Shown: in pieces, positions 45,196 to 57,600 of the stretch | Layout of the letters: each line of letters begins with the position of its first letter | How positions within the stretch are numbered: the stretch's first letter is position 1 | NCBI GenBank assembly: GCA_051530055.1 | Contig: CM121341.1 | Coordinates: 15,168,784-15,232,783, forward strand | Direction of reading: 5' to 3' | Source of the DNA: Neoechinorhynchus agilis | Lineage: Eukaryota; Animalia; Acanthocephala | DNA: 64,000 nt | Notes under the pieces: model-generated | The model's database searches: none | Told to the model about the DNA's origin: nothing | What the model saw: the letters and a program-made list of their open reading frames with translations, nothing else | Program-made: the position numbers and the translations under genes

Positions 45196-47629
45196 TCTTC
45201 TAAAGGTTGATCGTCTTCTATCACGTGAAGGCAGAGGAGCATTGAATTCGTCTTGATAATCCGGTCAAGATATCGTTTCGGCATTCGGGTAGCTTCGATA
45301 ATTGTCCAGACTTTGCTAGGCTCTATTGCTTAGTGACATTGATAGCAATAGGTACGTTCAATTGCAAATAGTTTTATTCAAACACAAATTTGCAAGAATA
45401 GTTGTTACGACTAGTAAGCTGAAATCAAGCTTAGTGTGCTAGTAAATCAACCTTGAATCCCGAAGTCTTATAGGCGGAATTGTTTCAAGTTCGTATAAGT
45501 TAACCTTCTTTTTTAATACTTCTTTGATTTCGCTTTTAAGGGAAATTGACTTGATTCCCTGCGTTTATTTTTTTAAACTTAATCTCTCAGCATGAGTAGT
45601 ACACTTTTTCTGCATTCCTTTAATTGATTGAATTGATCAACTGTTTAAGAAATAACAGTAGGTAGTCGACATTTCTTCGACCAAATAAACGCCAAATTGA
45701 AGATAGTATCTTCATTTGCGATTTTTTCAATTTTTTTTCAAAAAATGAGCTTCAATCAGTCGCAAGTAGTAATTCCTTAAATAATGAAAATTCTCTTGAA
45801 GGCCTTCCTATCAATATTTCCCATGGCACCAATAAACTTTTCAGCGTATCGAAATAATCTGGAATTTTTCCTTTTTTTCAGAACGATTCTCGTTTTCGTC
45901 TAAGTCCAAAAATGCTGCTTCTATCTTTATAACACCTGTCTAGATCTCATTATCTTTTTTATCAATCATTTCTTTTGGATTTTTGGTACATTTATCAGTT
46001 CAGGCTGTCAATACTTTGTCAGTGCACTTCCCGACTGAAGATTCAAGTTTTTCCTAATTTAACAAAGTTGGAGAAGGAATAAGGATCTTCGGTGTTCTAA
46101 GAACCGGAGAAGATGCATTTAAATACAATCTTTTTTTAAGTAACACTGTATTTGAAACACTTCGCCTTCACGATATATACGCGATTGCATTTCGATTTAC
46201 GAAAAATGAATTCGTTCCTCAATCACAGTGGCTCAAGTTCCCTCAAATTACAAGTCTTAAAAATGAATAGCTTTGAGTTTATACCAACGATTAGAAGCTT
46301 AATATATGTTCGTATTTCTGCAATTGCAGATATAGTGGCATTTACTGAAGATTCGTCAATTATTAATAACTTACTGCTGAAAATGCGATCCACTGAATTC
46401 GAAATGATCATTGAATGTCTGATGCAAGAACGGAAAGTAATAATATGCCCAGCCGTTTCCACTTTATCAACATTACGACTAAATAGTTAGAGCGCATAAT
46501 ACGCACTCACAATGCTGCGATAACATTCTTAAACGGCACCAAATGAATACTTTTACCTGGTTGAAGCCAACGAAGAATCGATGTTAGAATGACCATTATT
46601 TAATTTTGTTGGGGAAGTTAAACCAAACAATGGGCCTGAAGACCGTCAATGAGATAATGTTTCAATCCGAATCCTGATGCCCGTTCTAATACCATTCACT
46701 ATTAATGGACAAAAACAAGAGAACGGATATGCAAAACATATTGAATTTTGCAACACAGAGTATGGCGTCTTTTCCACTTCACATGTAAGAAATCTAAGTC
46801 TACACTAAAAGTGAATTATCGCTACCGAAATCACTGTAACTAATTTACGCATCTCGCCATTCGGCAAAAAGCAATCGCCCAAACCCTCTTTATGATTTGA
46901 TAATCTATCAACTGTTGACGAAACAAAATAGGAGTCTGACGGGTGATATTAAATTAATATTCCGGTCGCCTTAATTGCGAATTCTTTGATGACAGTCGAA
47001 AATAACGCCTGAAATTAGAGCCGTTCAAACTCTGTTTGAATTAGACGCAGCCTTTTTATTCCACAAAGATTTTCAGGACCACTTGAATAAGTGAATCCTT
47101 GCTTAAAAAATCCGCCATTTGCAATAAATTTAATGAAGATATGTGCAAGCGCTTATGAACGTTAGCCAATAACGTGCTAATTTTAGTGTCATTATAAAGA
47201 AATATTTGGATTTTTTGGCGCAAATTGGTCGATATTTGCAGTCCAGGGTTCTCATATTATCTCCGTTTTGATAAATGAAGATGCGAATTGGCTTTCGGTT
47301 AAATGAAAATATAGTTTCCCTTTAAAAACCAAATGGTCAAATGTTATACAAAAAGGAAATCTTGTTAAATACTACTTGATTTTCCAGCCGCATGATCTAT
47401 CAAGTTTTTTAATCGACACTTGGACGGGCTGTTATAATGACAAAGAAAATCTTTATTTTCAAGCTTTCGCCGTCGTACGACTTGTGTAAAAGTACCGACA
47501 TCGAATATGAATATTCATTCCGCCCTTAGTTCTACGGCTATGCCGAGCTGATTTCCAAAACTCTCCCTCGCATTGTCCACGGTGAATTCATCCCCCCATT
47601 TGTAGACTACTTGTCAGTGTTTTAACGAT

Positions 47630-49860
47630 TAAGTATAAACAGTTGAAAAAATGTAAGATGTTTATTGGCACCATTTGAAAAGTTTACAAACGGCTTCCTA
47701 ACATCCTCTGAGTATTCTTTACCTTCCCGGCGATTAATCCGTATTAAAATTGTAGGACAAATCGTGGCGGTCGGCATGTCTCGGAGAGCTAAGTAAAAAA
47801 TATTCATATAAAAAGTATAAACAGTTCAAAAATGTAAGATGTTTATTGGCACCATTTGAATACTTTACAAATGGCTTCCTAACATCCTCTGAGTATTCTT
47901 TGCCTTCCCGGCGATTAATCCGTATTAAAATTGTAGGACAAATCGTGGCGGACGGCATGTCTCGGAGAGCTAAGTAAAAAATATTCATATAAAAAGTATA
48001 AACAGTTCAAAAATGTAAGATGTTTATTGGCACCATTTGAATACTTTACAAATGGCTTCCTAACATCCTCTGAGTATTCTTTGCCTTCCCGGCGATTAAT
48101 CCGTATTAAAATTGTAGGACAAATCGTGGCGGACGGCATGTCTCGGAGAGCTAAGTAAAAAATATTCATATAAAAAGTATAAACAGTTCAAAAATGTAAG
48201 ATGTTTATTGGCACCATTTGAATACTTTACAAATGGCTTCCTAACATCCTCTGAGTATTCTTTGCCTTCCCGGCGATTAATCCGTATTAAAATTGTAGGA
48301 CAAATCGTGGCGGACGGCATGTCCCGGAGAGCTAAGTAAAAAATATTCATATAAAAAGTATAAACAGTTCAAAAATGTAAGATGTTTATTGGCACCATTT
48401 GAAAAGTTTACAAACGGCTTCCTAACATCCTCTGAGTATTCTTTGCCTTCCCGGCGATTAATCCGTATTAAAATTGTAGGACAAATCGTGGCGGACGGCA
48501 TGTCTCGGAGAGCTAAGTAAAAAATATTCATATAAAAAGTATAAACAGTTCAAAAATGTAAGATGTTTATTGGCACCATTTGAATACTTTACAAATGGCT
48601 TCCTAACATCCTCTGAGTATTCTTTGCCTTCCCGGCGATTAATCCGTATTAAAATTGTAGGACAAATCGTGGCGGACGGCATGTCTCGGAGAGCTAAGTA
48701 AAAAATATTCATATAAAAAGTATAAACAGTTCAAAAATGTAAGATGTTTATTGGCACCATTTGAATACTTTACAAATGGCTTCCTAACATCCTCTGAGTA
48801 TTCTTTGCCTTCCCGGCGATTAATCCGTATTAAAATTGTAGGACAAATCGTGGCGGACGGCATGTCTCGGAGAGCTAAGTAAAAAATATTCATATAAAAA
48901 GTATAAACAGTTCAAAAATGTAAGATGTTTATTGGCACCATTTGAATACTTTACAAATGGCTTCCTAACATCCTCTGAGTATTCTTTGCCTTCCCGGCGA
49001 TTAATCCGTATTAAAATTGTAGGACAAATCGTGGCGGACGGCATGTCTCGGAGAGCTAAGTAAAAAATATTCATATAAAAAGTATAAACAGTTCAAAAAT
49101 GTAAGATGTTTATTGGCACCATTTGAAAAGTTTACAAATTTACAAATGGCTTCCTAACATCCTCTGAGTATTCTTTGCCTTCCCGGCGATTAATCCGTAT
49201 TAAAATTGTAGGACAAATCGTGGCGGACGGCATGTCTCGGAGAGCTAAGTAAAAAATATTCATATAAAAAGTATAAAAAGTTCAAAAATGTAAGATGTTT
49301 ATTGGCACCATTTGAATACTTTACAAACGGCTTCCTAACATCTTCTGAGTATTCTTTGCCTTCCCGGCGATTAATCCGTATAAAAATCGTGGGATAAATC
49401 GTGGCGATCGGGATGCCTTTTTAGAGCTATGGCTCAAATATTCAACGAAAATGTATAAACGGTTGAAAAAATGTAAGATGTTTATTGGCACCATTTGAAT
49501 ACTTTACAAATGGCTTCCTAACATCCTCTGAGTATTCTTTGCCTTCCCGGCGATTAATCCGTATTAAAATTGTAGGACAAATCGTAGCGGACGGCGTGTC
49601 TCTGGGAGCCAAAGAGAAAATCTTAAGAGAAAAAGAATAAAAGTTTAAAAAGTGTAAGATATTTATTGGCACCATTTGAATACTTTACAAATCGCTTCCT
49701 AACATCCTCTGAGTATTCTTTGCCTTCCCGGCGATTAATCCGTATAAAAATCGTGGGATAAATCGTTACGGACGGGATGTCTCGGAGATTTAAAATCTTC
49801 AGAGAAAAAGAATAAAAAATTTAAGGCACCATTTGAATAGTTTACAAATGTGTTCCTAAA
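47630..49860. repeat. 181-bp satellite array, left block (~12 monomers)
   Basis: Near-identical monomers at 181-bp period (identical spurious ORFs at 47734, 47915, 48096 and onward); diverged monomers at the right edge. Confidence 0.98.
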
Positions 49861-49983
49861 ATTGTCTCAGTATTTTTTGGGGATGAATTATCTATATGCC
49901 ATCGACCTTAACTATTATATGCCCACTATCTCCCTTTTCCCGACAAACATTTCGGCCTTTTTTATTTCGCTTTTGATCTCGAA

Positions 49984-50618
49984 TTAGCACGATCTGAAGG
50001 ATTCTCGTAGTTGGGCGAGCTTTCCGGTGTGTTTAAAGTATTTGTAGCTGAGATAAGCTCCAACGCCTGAAAGGAGTGGCACGGGTCCGATGACTACTCC
50101 CAGGTACAAATTCGCTAGGACCGTATTGATAACGAGGGTTTGTTTGCCAGTGGTGGACATTTTGTCATAATCAATTTTTACTTGTCGAAGAGTTCGGACG
50201 ACCGGATCTTCTTTTTTTATGGCTGCCATGAACGTTTTTACGTATTTTGTGGTTTCGGTCGGTAGTTGATCCTCATGTTGGCCATTTGCTATAGTTCTTA
50301 CCTGGATGTTCTTTGGGAGGTGGAGAAGCGCTGCCCGTTGAATGGCACGAGTTTGGTGGTACATTTCTACAAAATTCGCGATAAAACGATGGAAGCGAAG
50401 GCGCATCAAACGGAAGTGCGTTTACATGATGAACCGGAAGAAATGTTTGAATATTACTAAATTCCAGACTAGGAACGCGATTTTTATCGACTTGGAAATC
50501 TCCAAATGTAGGGTTTTGTACTACGTAGTTTGTGGGTTCGTTGTGAAAGTTTTCACTACGCAGTACCGAATTTCATTTCTTTGTCGACTGCTGTTGCACT
50601 CGGAAGCACTTTCTCCAT
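49984..50618 (-). CDS. Unknown gene with a C-terminal hydrophobic segment inside the satellite island, probably spliced
   Basis: ATG at 50618 (MEKVLPSATAVDKEMKF), a 12-bp inverted-repeat-bounded frame change at 50566-50515, an open frame PTFGDFQVDK..EHP, a GTAAG donor-like site, then ORF 49984-50409 ending in LYLGVVIGPVPLLSGVGAYL. Confidence 0.35.
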
Positions 50619-51279
50619 TTATAAGACTTCTTAATACCGAAACGACGGAATCAGATTCTCATTATGAATCGCGAATATGAAGAGTGCGCACAACACGTCG
50701 ACTCTTGTGAGTTTATGAAGCTATAGATAGCATTAATGGATCTTAGGAGATATCGGCGGAAAAAGAAGAGCATAATGCCTACAGTTATCTCCTTTTTAAA
50801 GGATTATTTTTGACGGGGAACATCTCCGCGTTTCTGACTCGATGATAGTACCGGCAAAAGGCTTTTTATATGTTTTAGATTGGAAAAATTGTATATATTA
50901 ATAATGACGATTTATCGGGAAAAGAAAAACGCGCATATTTTTAGATTCGTGTACTCCGTCGTAAAGGATCAAGTGAAATTTCGCCAGAATCTTGAATAGC
51001 TATTCATTTTCTAAACTTTCATGCTGCCAAATTAGGAGATGATGAACAAGATAAGGAAGGGAATAAAGATGGCATGAAAATTAGGCGCTTTTCGAGGTGA
51101 TCTGCCTCCGGAAAAGAAAGCGGGACCGGAAATATCCCAGGAATTTCGGTTTCCTGGAGCAATCCAGCTGAGTGGAGTGCAGAACGCGGAACTCTCCTAG
51201 CGGGAGATCCCTGCGATTGGTCGGTCAAGAGATGTATTTAAACATCTTCACCATCGACAACACAAACTGAAGTCCTCCA

Positions 51280-52640
51280 ATAATTCGCGAATTAGTGCTA
51301 GGACGTTCGCTGTATTGGACGCGGCCGGACCCGATCCTGTAGAATGATGAGTTAGCGTTCCGCGGGCTAGGACGATACCACGACGTTTGTAAACTAATCC
51401 ATTTGAGATCTAGCGAAGTACAAGAAAAGATACAGGCTGAATAACTCAATGTTCGGTACGTTGGCAGCCAAGACCGAAGAAGTTGGGAAGATGCTAAGAA
51501 GACGACGGGTATATATATGCGCTTTGCAAGAAACACGCTGGTGTGGCACAAAGGCTCTTGACAAGGAACGATACCACATCTGTTATAAACTATTTTATTG
51601 TGGCTCTAAGGGTACACTCAACAGGGTTGGAATCACGAGCTCCGAACGATTCAGGAATTCGGTACAAGAGGTACACGGTTCTGATGACCGACCGATGAAA
51701 GTGACCACAGTTCTGAAGCACAGAGAAAAGTCAACATCCTATCTTCCTATGCGCCGAAGACCGGTCTTAATGATTCGGAGAAATGGGAAATTTTGGAGCA
51801 CAGCGCACTCGAAATCCCAATAGATGATTACCTCATTATTGCCGGATATTTAAACGGCCATGTCAACAAAAAAAAGCGGATGAAAATCGATGCCATGGTG
51901 GCAAAGGATACGGGCAAAGTAATAATGATGAAGATCCATTGTCTTTACGGATTCCCACGATATTGTCATTAAAAAAATGACATGGCTTATCAAGCGCTTG
52001 ACCCAGTTCCCAACGGGCTATAATGGCAGTACGATTTCATAGATATATTGCATACTTGTTCGTCGGTCACTGATACGAAGATCGTGCCTTTCGAGACGAT
52101 CACTAACTCAAGCCAGTTCAATTACAGCAGCGGTCATCAACATAAAGCCACCTCCGGAACGGCTGGATAAGTGTACTGACCAAAGTAAAGTGAAGTGATG
52201 GCGATGCAGCGAAAGGGAGAAAAGAGAATAACTGAGAAAATAAGACTGTCAGACGTAAAGATAGTGGATGAAACTTGGAAGTAAGCAAAACAAATAATCC
52301 ATGCCGAGGCTCGCAAGTAGCTGTCATCCATTAAACCGGAAAATTCTATATTTATCCTGATTCCTGTCCCTCGACGGGATCGTATCACGTCTTCCTTGAA
52401 AACGTCGACAGATAAAAAGTAATATCGGGATGCGAAGAATGCTGTTGCGGCCGATCGAGCCAACACTATGCAGAAGTTGATAAGAAGTTGAACATTCGAA
52501 ATGATGATCGTGAGCTTTTTCGGCTAGTCAAACGCCGCAAGCAACAGACGTAAGACTGGGAAGTTTCATTGCATCAACGATAAGTCGGGAATGTTGATCG
52601 TCAGTGAAAAGGCAGCGAAAGAACGTGGATAGCAAAAGTC
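51280..52640 (+). pseudogene. Degenerate RTE-clade LINE (AP-endonuclease region)
   Basis: GTLAAKTEEVGKMLRRRRVYICALQETRWCG endonuclease motif; multiple frameshifts downstream. Confidence 0.75.
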
Positions 52641-52896
52641 GTCTCGTAGTAACAGTTGATCAACTCGACGTCTGAGATGTGGCAGTGTTTGGCGATATCA
52701 TCATAGAATTACGTAATATAGCTTCTACCAGTGAAATGAATTTCAAGCCGTCACAAGAAACAAGTAATATTTTTGATCCGTTGGCTATAATAGTATTTAA
52801 TACCTTTAAAGCATTTAGGAATGAAACATGGATGGATATTCTTTCTCCGTAGTTGTAAATTGGATTTCATGGCCATGTAGCAAGAATATCTATTTT

Positions 52897-52975
52897 CTAG
52901 GTCCTCTGGGTATTCTTCGCCTTCCCGGCGATTAATCCGTACTAAAATTGTAGGATAAATCTGTCTTTTTTTCCA
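52897..52975. repeat. Isolated degenerate satellite fragment at the 3' end of the CRE element
   Basis: CCTCTGGGTATTCTTCGCCTTCCCGGCGATTAATCCGTACTAAAATTGTAGGATAAATC matches the monomer. Confidence 0.85.
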
Positions 52976-53010
52976 CCACTCAAACGAAATTCTATTTTAA
53001 AAAAGTTAAC

Positions 53011-54627
53011 TTTTATTATTCTCAATCGTACTTCACCGTCCCCAAGACGCTCGCTGCGTTTCCTCGCTGGATAGCCAAGGATATGTTCTGTACTAGGAAC
53101 GAACGAGCCCTCCTGTCATTGGTCGAGTTGATCAGACGATGCCCCAGTTCGAGAACAAAACTCCTCGCCGCACGTCCGAAAGCTCCTATGGTTTCCACTG
53201 CGAAGGGGACAAAATGATAAGAATTTGTAAAATCGGCGTATTTTGCAACCTTACGAAGCTCAGCTGCTGATGCGGCTCCCCCAGCCCCGGAGGATGCATC
53301 TCGCAGATTGCTGGCTGCAAGGGAGTCGACGCATGTTGCGTCCCATATTAGACATCTGCCCCTGCTCCAAGGAAAAACGGTAACTCCATCCGGCCTACGG
53401 CCATCGATCCTGCAAATGTTGCTAGGCTCGATGATATTCGGAGAGTTAGCCGTTTTCAAAGCGCGGCTCAGCAATGCGTTTATTTCGGTGTGTCTAGCAA
53501 AACGGCCACTTGAGCGTTTACAAGCTAATCCGTGCCTGCCCGAGAGGTCAACTTCCGTCCCGCATCGGCAGGTGTGAGGGATACAAACCGGGAGCCCGAG
53601 CCTTAGGGACACAGCGATTCTGAGAGCCTCGCCGTCTAATCTCGAACCGATATTTGCTGATGGTACAGCTTTCAACCAGGCGCCGGACTCTTTGCAGGAA
53701 ACTGCAGTTAATCGCGTTCTATCCACGTCGGAGAGCGAGTCAAAAAGTGAGGTGTGAACACGCTCCACTAACGGAATGTCCCACGATTTCTGTTTTTCCG
53801 GGAGGTCTGGAATCTTGTCGAGGTTAGACAGGGACATCCAAAGATGAAGAGCGGGCTCCAGGCTGATGTCCTCCTCAAAATTATGTTTCAAAATCAATCT
53901 GGAAAGGCGCTTGGACCTACTAAGAGACGATAGAAAGGCTGGAAGCGCAATGGCTGAGCTGGCACGAATACCGATCCCTCCGTAGCTTGTGGGCAAAGAT
54001 GCCTGGGTCCAGCCAGTGTCGGGGAACTTAATATTAAGGATCTTGCATAGACCATCCCTTAAAGAACCATCAATCTCTCTCAATTCGGGCTGACATTGAA
54101 AGGAAGGGGTTGACCGCAGTTTATGGAGGATGCGTGGAATGAAGATGCAATTTTTTAAAAGGAAGAGAGCATCGTGAGGGAAAAGTTCAGAGGCCCTTGA
54201 ACAGATGAGATCAATGGAAGGTCTGATTTTCCTGATATCAGCCTGCATATTCTCCTCGAGAACGCAGCTTCCCAGCAGTTCTAAGCTGGACTTGGTGATA
54301 AGTCGGATATTAGGTGCGGCCTTTTCAAACTCTCTCAAAATTTGTGCGCGTTCCTCGTCCCCACAATTCAAAACCAAAATTTCGCACTTGCTTGGGTTCA
54401 GTTTGAGGCCAATTTTTTTACATTCTTCTAAAAGAACCGTTATATCTTGTAGGACTTCAGACGGGGAACCTCCTAGAGTAGCGTCATCCAGATACCAGGC
54501 GTTGAATGGTAATCGAAGAGATTGCGTCAGATTGTTTGTCGTCAGAGCAAAACCTAAAGGCCCCAGAGGGTCCCCTTGCTGCACACCCGATTGAGACCAG
54601 ATAAGTTCATTATTATATACGAGCGGG
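53011..54627 (-). mobile_element. 5'-truncated CRE-clade non-LTR retrotransposon (RT, Zn knuckle, restriction-like endonuclease) inserted in satellite
   Basis: GVQQGDPLGP, WYLDD, GGIGIR, CRC..HGLAC, RH, RPDG..WDAT. Open for ~535 codons to the stop at 53022; short A-rich tail; first ~21 residues of the listed ORF are satellite-derived. Confidence 0.88.
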
Positions 54628-57600
54628 AAGGTACAAATCTTCATAGAAAAAGTAAAAAAAGTAGAAAAATGTAAGATGTTTATTGGCACCATTTGAATAC
54701 TTTACAAATGGCTTCCTAGCATCTTCTAAGTATTCTTTGAATTCCCGGCGATTAATCCGTATAAAAATGGAAGGATAAATCGTCGCGGTCGGCATGTCTT
54801 TTTAGAGCTAAGGTACAAATGTTCATTGAAAAAGTATAACAAGTTTAAAAAATGTAGGATGTTTATTGGCACCATTTGAATACTTTACAAATGGCTTCCT
54901 AACATCCTCTGAGTATTCTTTGCCTTCCCGGCGATTAATCCGTATTAAAATTGTAGGACAAATCGTGGCGGTCGGCATGTCTCTTTTGAGCTAAGGTACA
55001 AATCTCAAACGAAAAAGTATAAACAGTTTAAAAAAATATAAGATGTTTATGGGCACCATTTGAATACTTTACAAATGAGTTCCTAACATCTTCTGGGTAT
55101 TATTTCCCTTCATGGCGAATAATCCGCATTAAAATTGTAGGACAAATCGTGGCGGACGACATGTCTCGGAGAGCTAAGTAAAAAATATTCATATAAAAAG
55201 TATAAAAAGTTTAATCAATGTAAGATATTTATTCGCACCATTTGAATACTCCACAAATGGCTTCCTAACATCCTCTGAGTATTCTTTGCCTTCCCGGCGA
55301 TTAATCCGTATTAAAATTGTAGGACAAATCGTGGCGGTCGGCATGTCTCATTTTAGCTAAAGTTCAAATCTTCAACGAAAAAGTATAAAAAGTTAAAAAA
55401 AATGTAAGATATTTATTCCCACCATTTGAATACTTTACAGATGGCTTCCTAACCTCTTCTGGGTATTATTTCCCTTCACGGCGATTAATCCGTATTAAAA
55501 TTGTAGGATAAATCGTGGCGGTCGGCATGTCTTTTTAGAGCTAAGGTACAAATCTTCAACGAAAAAGTATAAAAAGTTCAAAGAAAATGTAAGATATTTA
55601 TTCGCACCATTTGAATACTTTACAAATGGCTTCCTAACATCCTCTGAGTATTTTTTGCCTTCCCGGCGATCAATCCGTATAAAAATTGTGGGACAAATCG
55701 TGGCGGTTGGCATGTTGTTTCTTCAAATCTTCAACGAAAAAGTATAAAAAGTTCAAAAAAAAGTAAGATATTTATTCCCACCATTTGAATACTTTAGAAA
55801 TGGCTTCCTTACATCTTCTAGGTATTATTTCCCTTCACGGCGATTAATCCGTATTAAAATTGTAGGACAAATCGTGGTGGACGACATGTCTCGGAGAGCT
55901 AAGTAAAAAATATTCATATAAAAAGTATAAACAGTTCAAAAATGTAAGATGTTTATTGGCACCATTTGAATACTTTACAAATGGCTTCCTAACATCCTCT
56001 GAGTATTCTTTGCCTTCCCGGCGATTAATCCGTATAAAAATCGTGGGATAAATCGTGGCGATCGGGATGCCTTTTTAGAGCTATGGTTCAAATATTCAAC
56101 GAAAATGTATAAACGGTTGAAAAAATGTAAGATGTTTATTGGCACCATTTGAATACTTTACAAATGGCTTCCTAACATCCTCTGAGTATTCTTTGCCTTC
56201 CCGGCGATTAATCCGTATAAAAATCGTCGGATAAATCGTGGCGATCGGGATGCCTTTTTAGAGCTATGGTTAAAATATTAAAACGAAAATGTATAAACGG
56301 TTGAAAAATGTAAGATGTTTATTTTCACCATTTGAATACTTTACAAATGGCTTCCTAACATCCTCTGAGTATTCTTTGCCTTCCCGACGATTAATCCGTA
56401 TTAAAATTGTATGACAAATCGTGGCGGTCGGCATGTCTCGGAGAGCTAAGTAAAAAATATTCATATAAAAAGTATAAAGAGTTCAAAAATGTAAGATGTT
56501 TATTGGCACCATTTGAAAAGTTTACAAACGGCTTCCTAACATCTTCTGAGTATTCTTTGCCTTCCCGGCGATTAATCCGTATTAAAATTGTAGGACAAAT
56601 CGTGGCGGTCGGCATGTCTTTTTAGAGCTAAGGTACAAATCTTCAACGAAAAAGTATAAAAAGTTCAAAGAAAATGTAAGATATTTATTCGCACCATTTG
56701 AATACTTTACAAATGGCTTCCTAACATCCTCTGAGTATTCTTTGCCTTCCCGACGATTAATCCGTATTAAAATTGTAGGACAAATCGTGGCGGACGGCAT
56801 GTCTCGGAGAGCAAAGTAAAAAATATTAATATAAAAAGTATAAAAAGTTTAAAAATGTAAGATGTTTATTGGCACCATTTGAAAAGTTTACAAATGGCTT
56901 CCTAACATCTTCTGAGTATTCTTTGCCTTCCCGGCGATTAATCCGTATTAAAATTGTAGGACAAATCGTGGCGGACGGCATGTCTCGGAGAGCTAAGTAA
57001 AAAATATTCATATAAAAAGTATAAAGAGTTCAAAAATGTAAGATGTTTATTGGCACCATTTGAAAAGTTTACAAATGGCTTCCTAACATCCTCTGAGTAT
57101 TCTTTGCCTTCCCGGCGATTAATCCGTATTAAAATTGTAGGACAAATCGTGGCGGACGGCATGTCTCGGAGAGCTAAGTAAAAAATATTCATATAAAAAG
57201 TATAAACAGTTCAAAAATGTAAGATGTTTATTGGCACCATTTGAATACTTTACAAATGGCTTCCTAACATCCTCTGAGTATTCTTTGCCTTCCCGGCGAT
57301 TAATCCGTATTAAAATTGTAGGACAAATCGTGGCGGACGGCATGTCTCGGAGAGCTAAGTAAAAAATATTCATATAAAAAGTATAAACAGTTCAAAAATG
57401 TAAGATGTTTATTGGCACCATTTGAATACTTTACAAATGGCTTCCTAACATCCTCTGAGTATTCTTTGCCTTCCCGGCGATTAATCCGTATTAAAATTGT
57501 AGGACAAATCGTGGCGGTCGGCATGTCTCGGAGAGCTAAGTAAAAAATATTCATATAAAAAGTATAAAAAGTTCAAAAATGTAAGATGTTTATTGGCACC

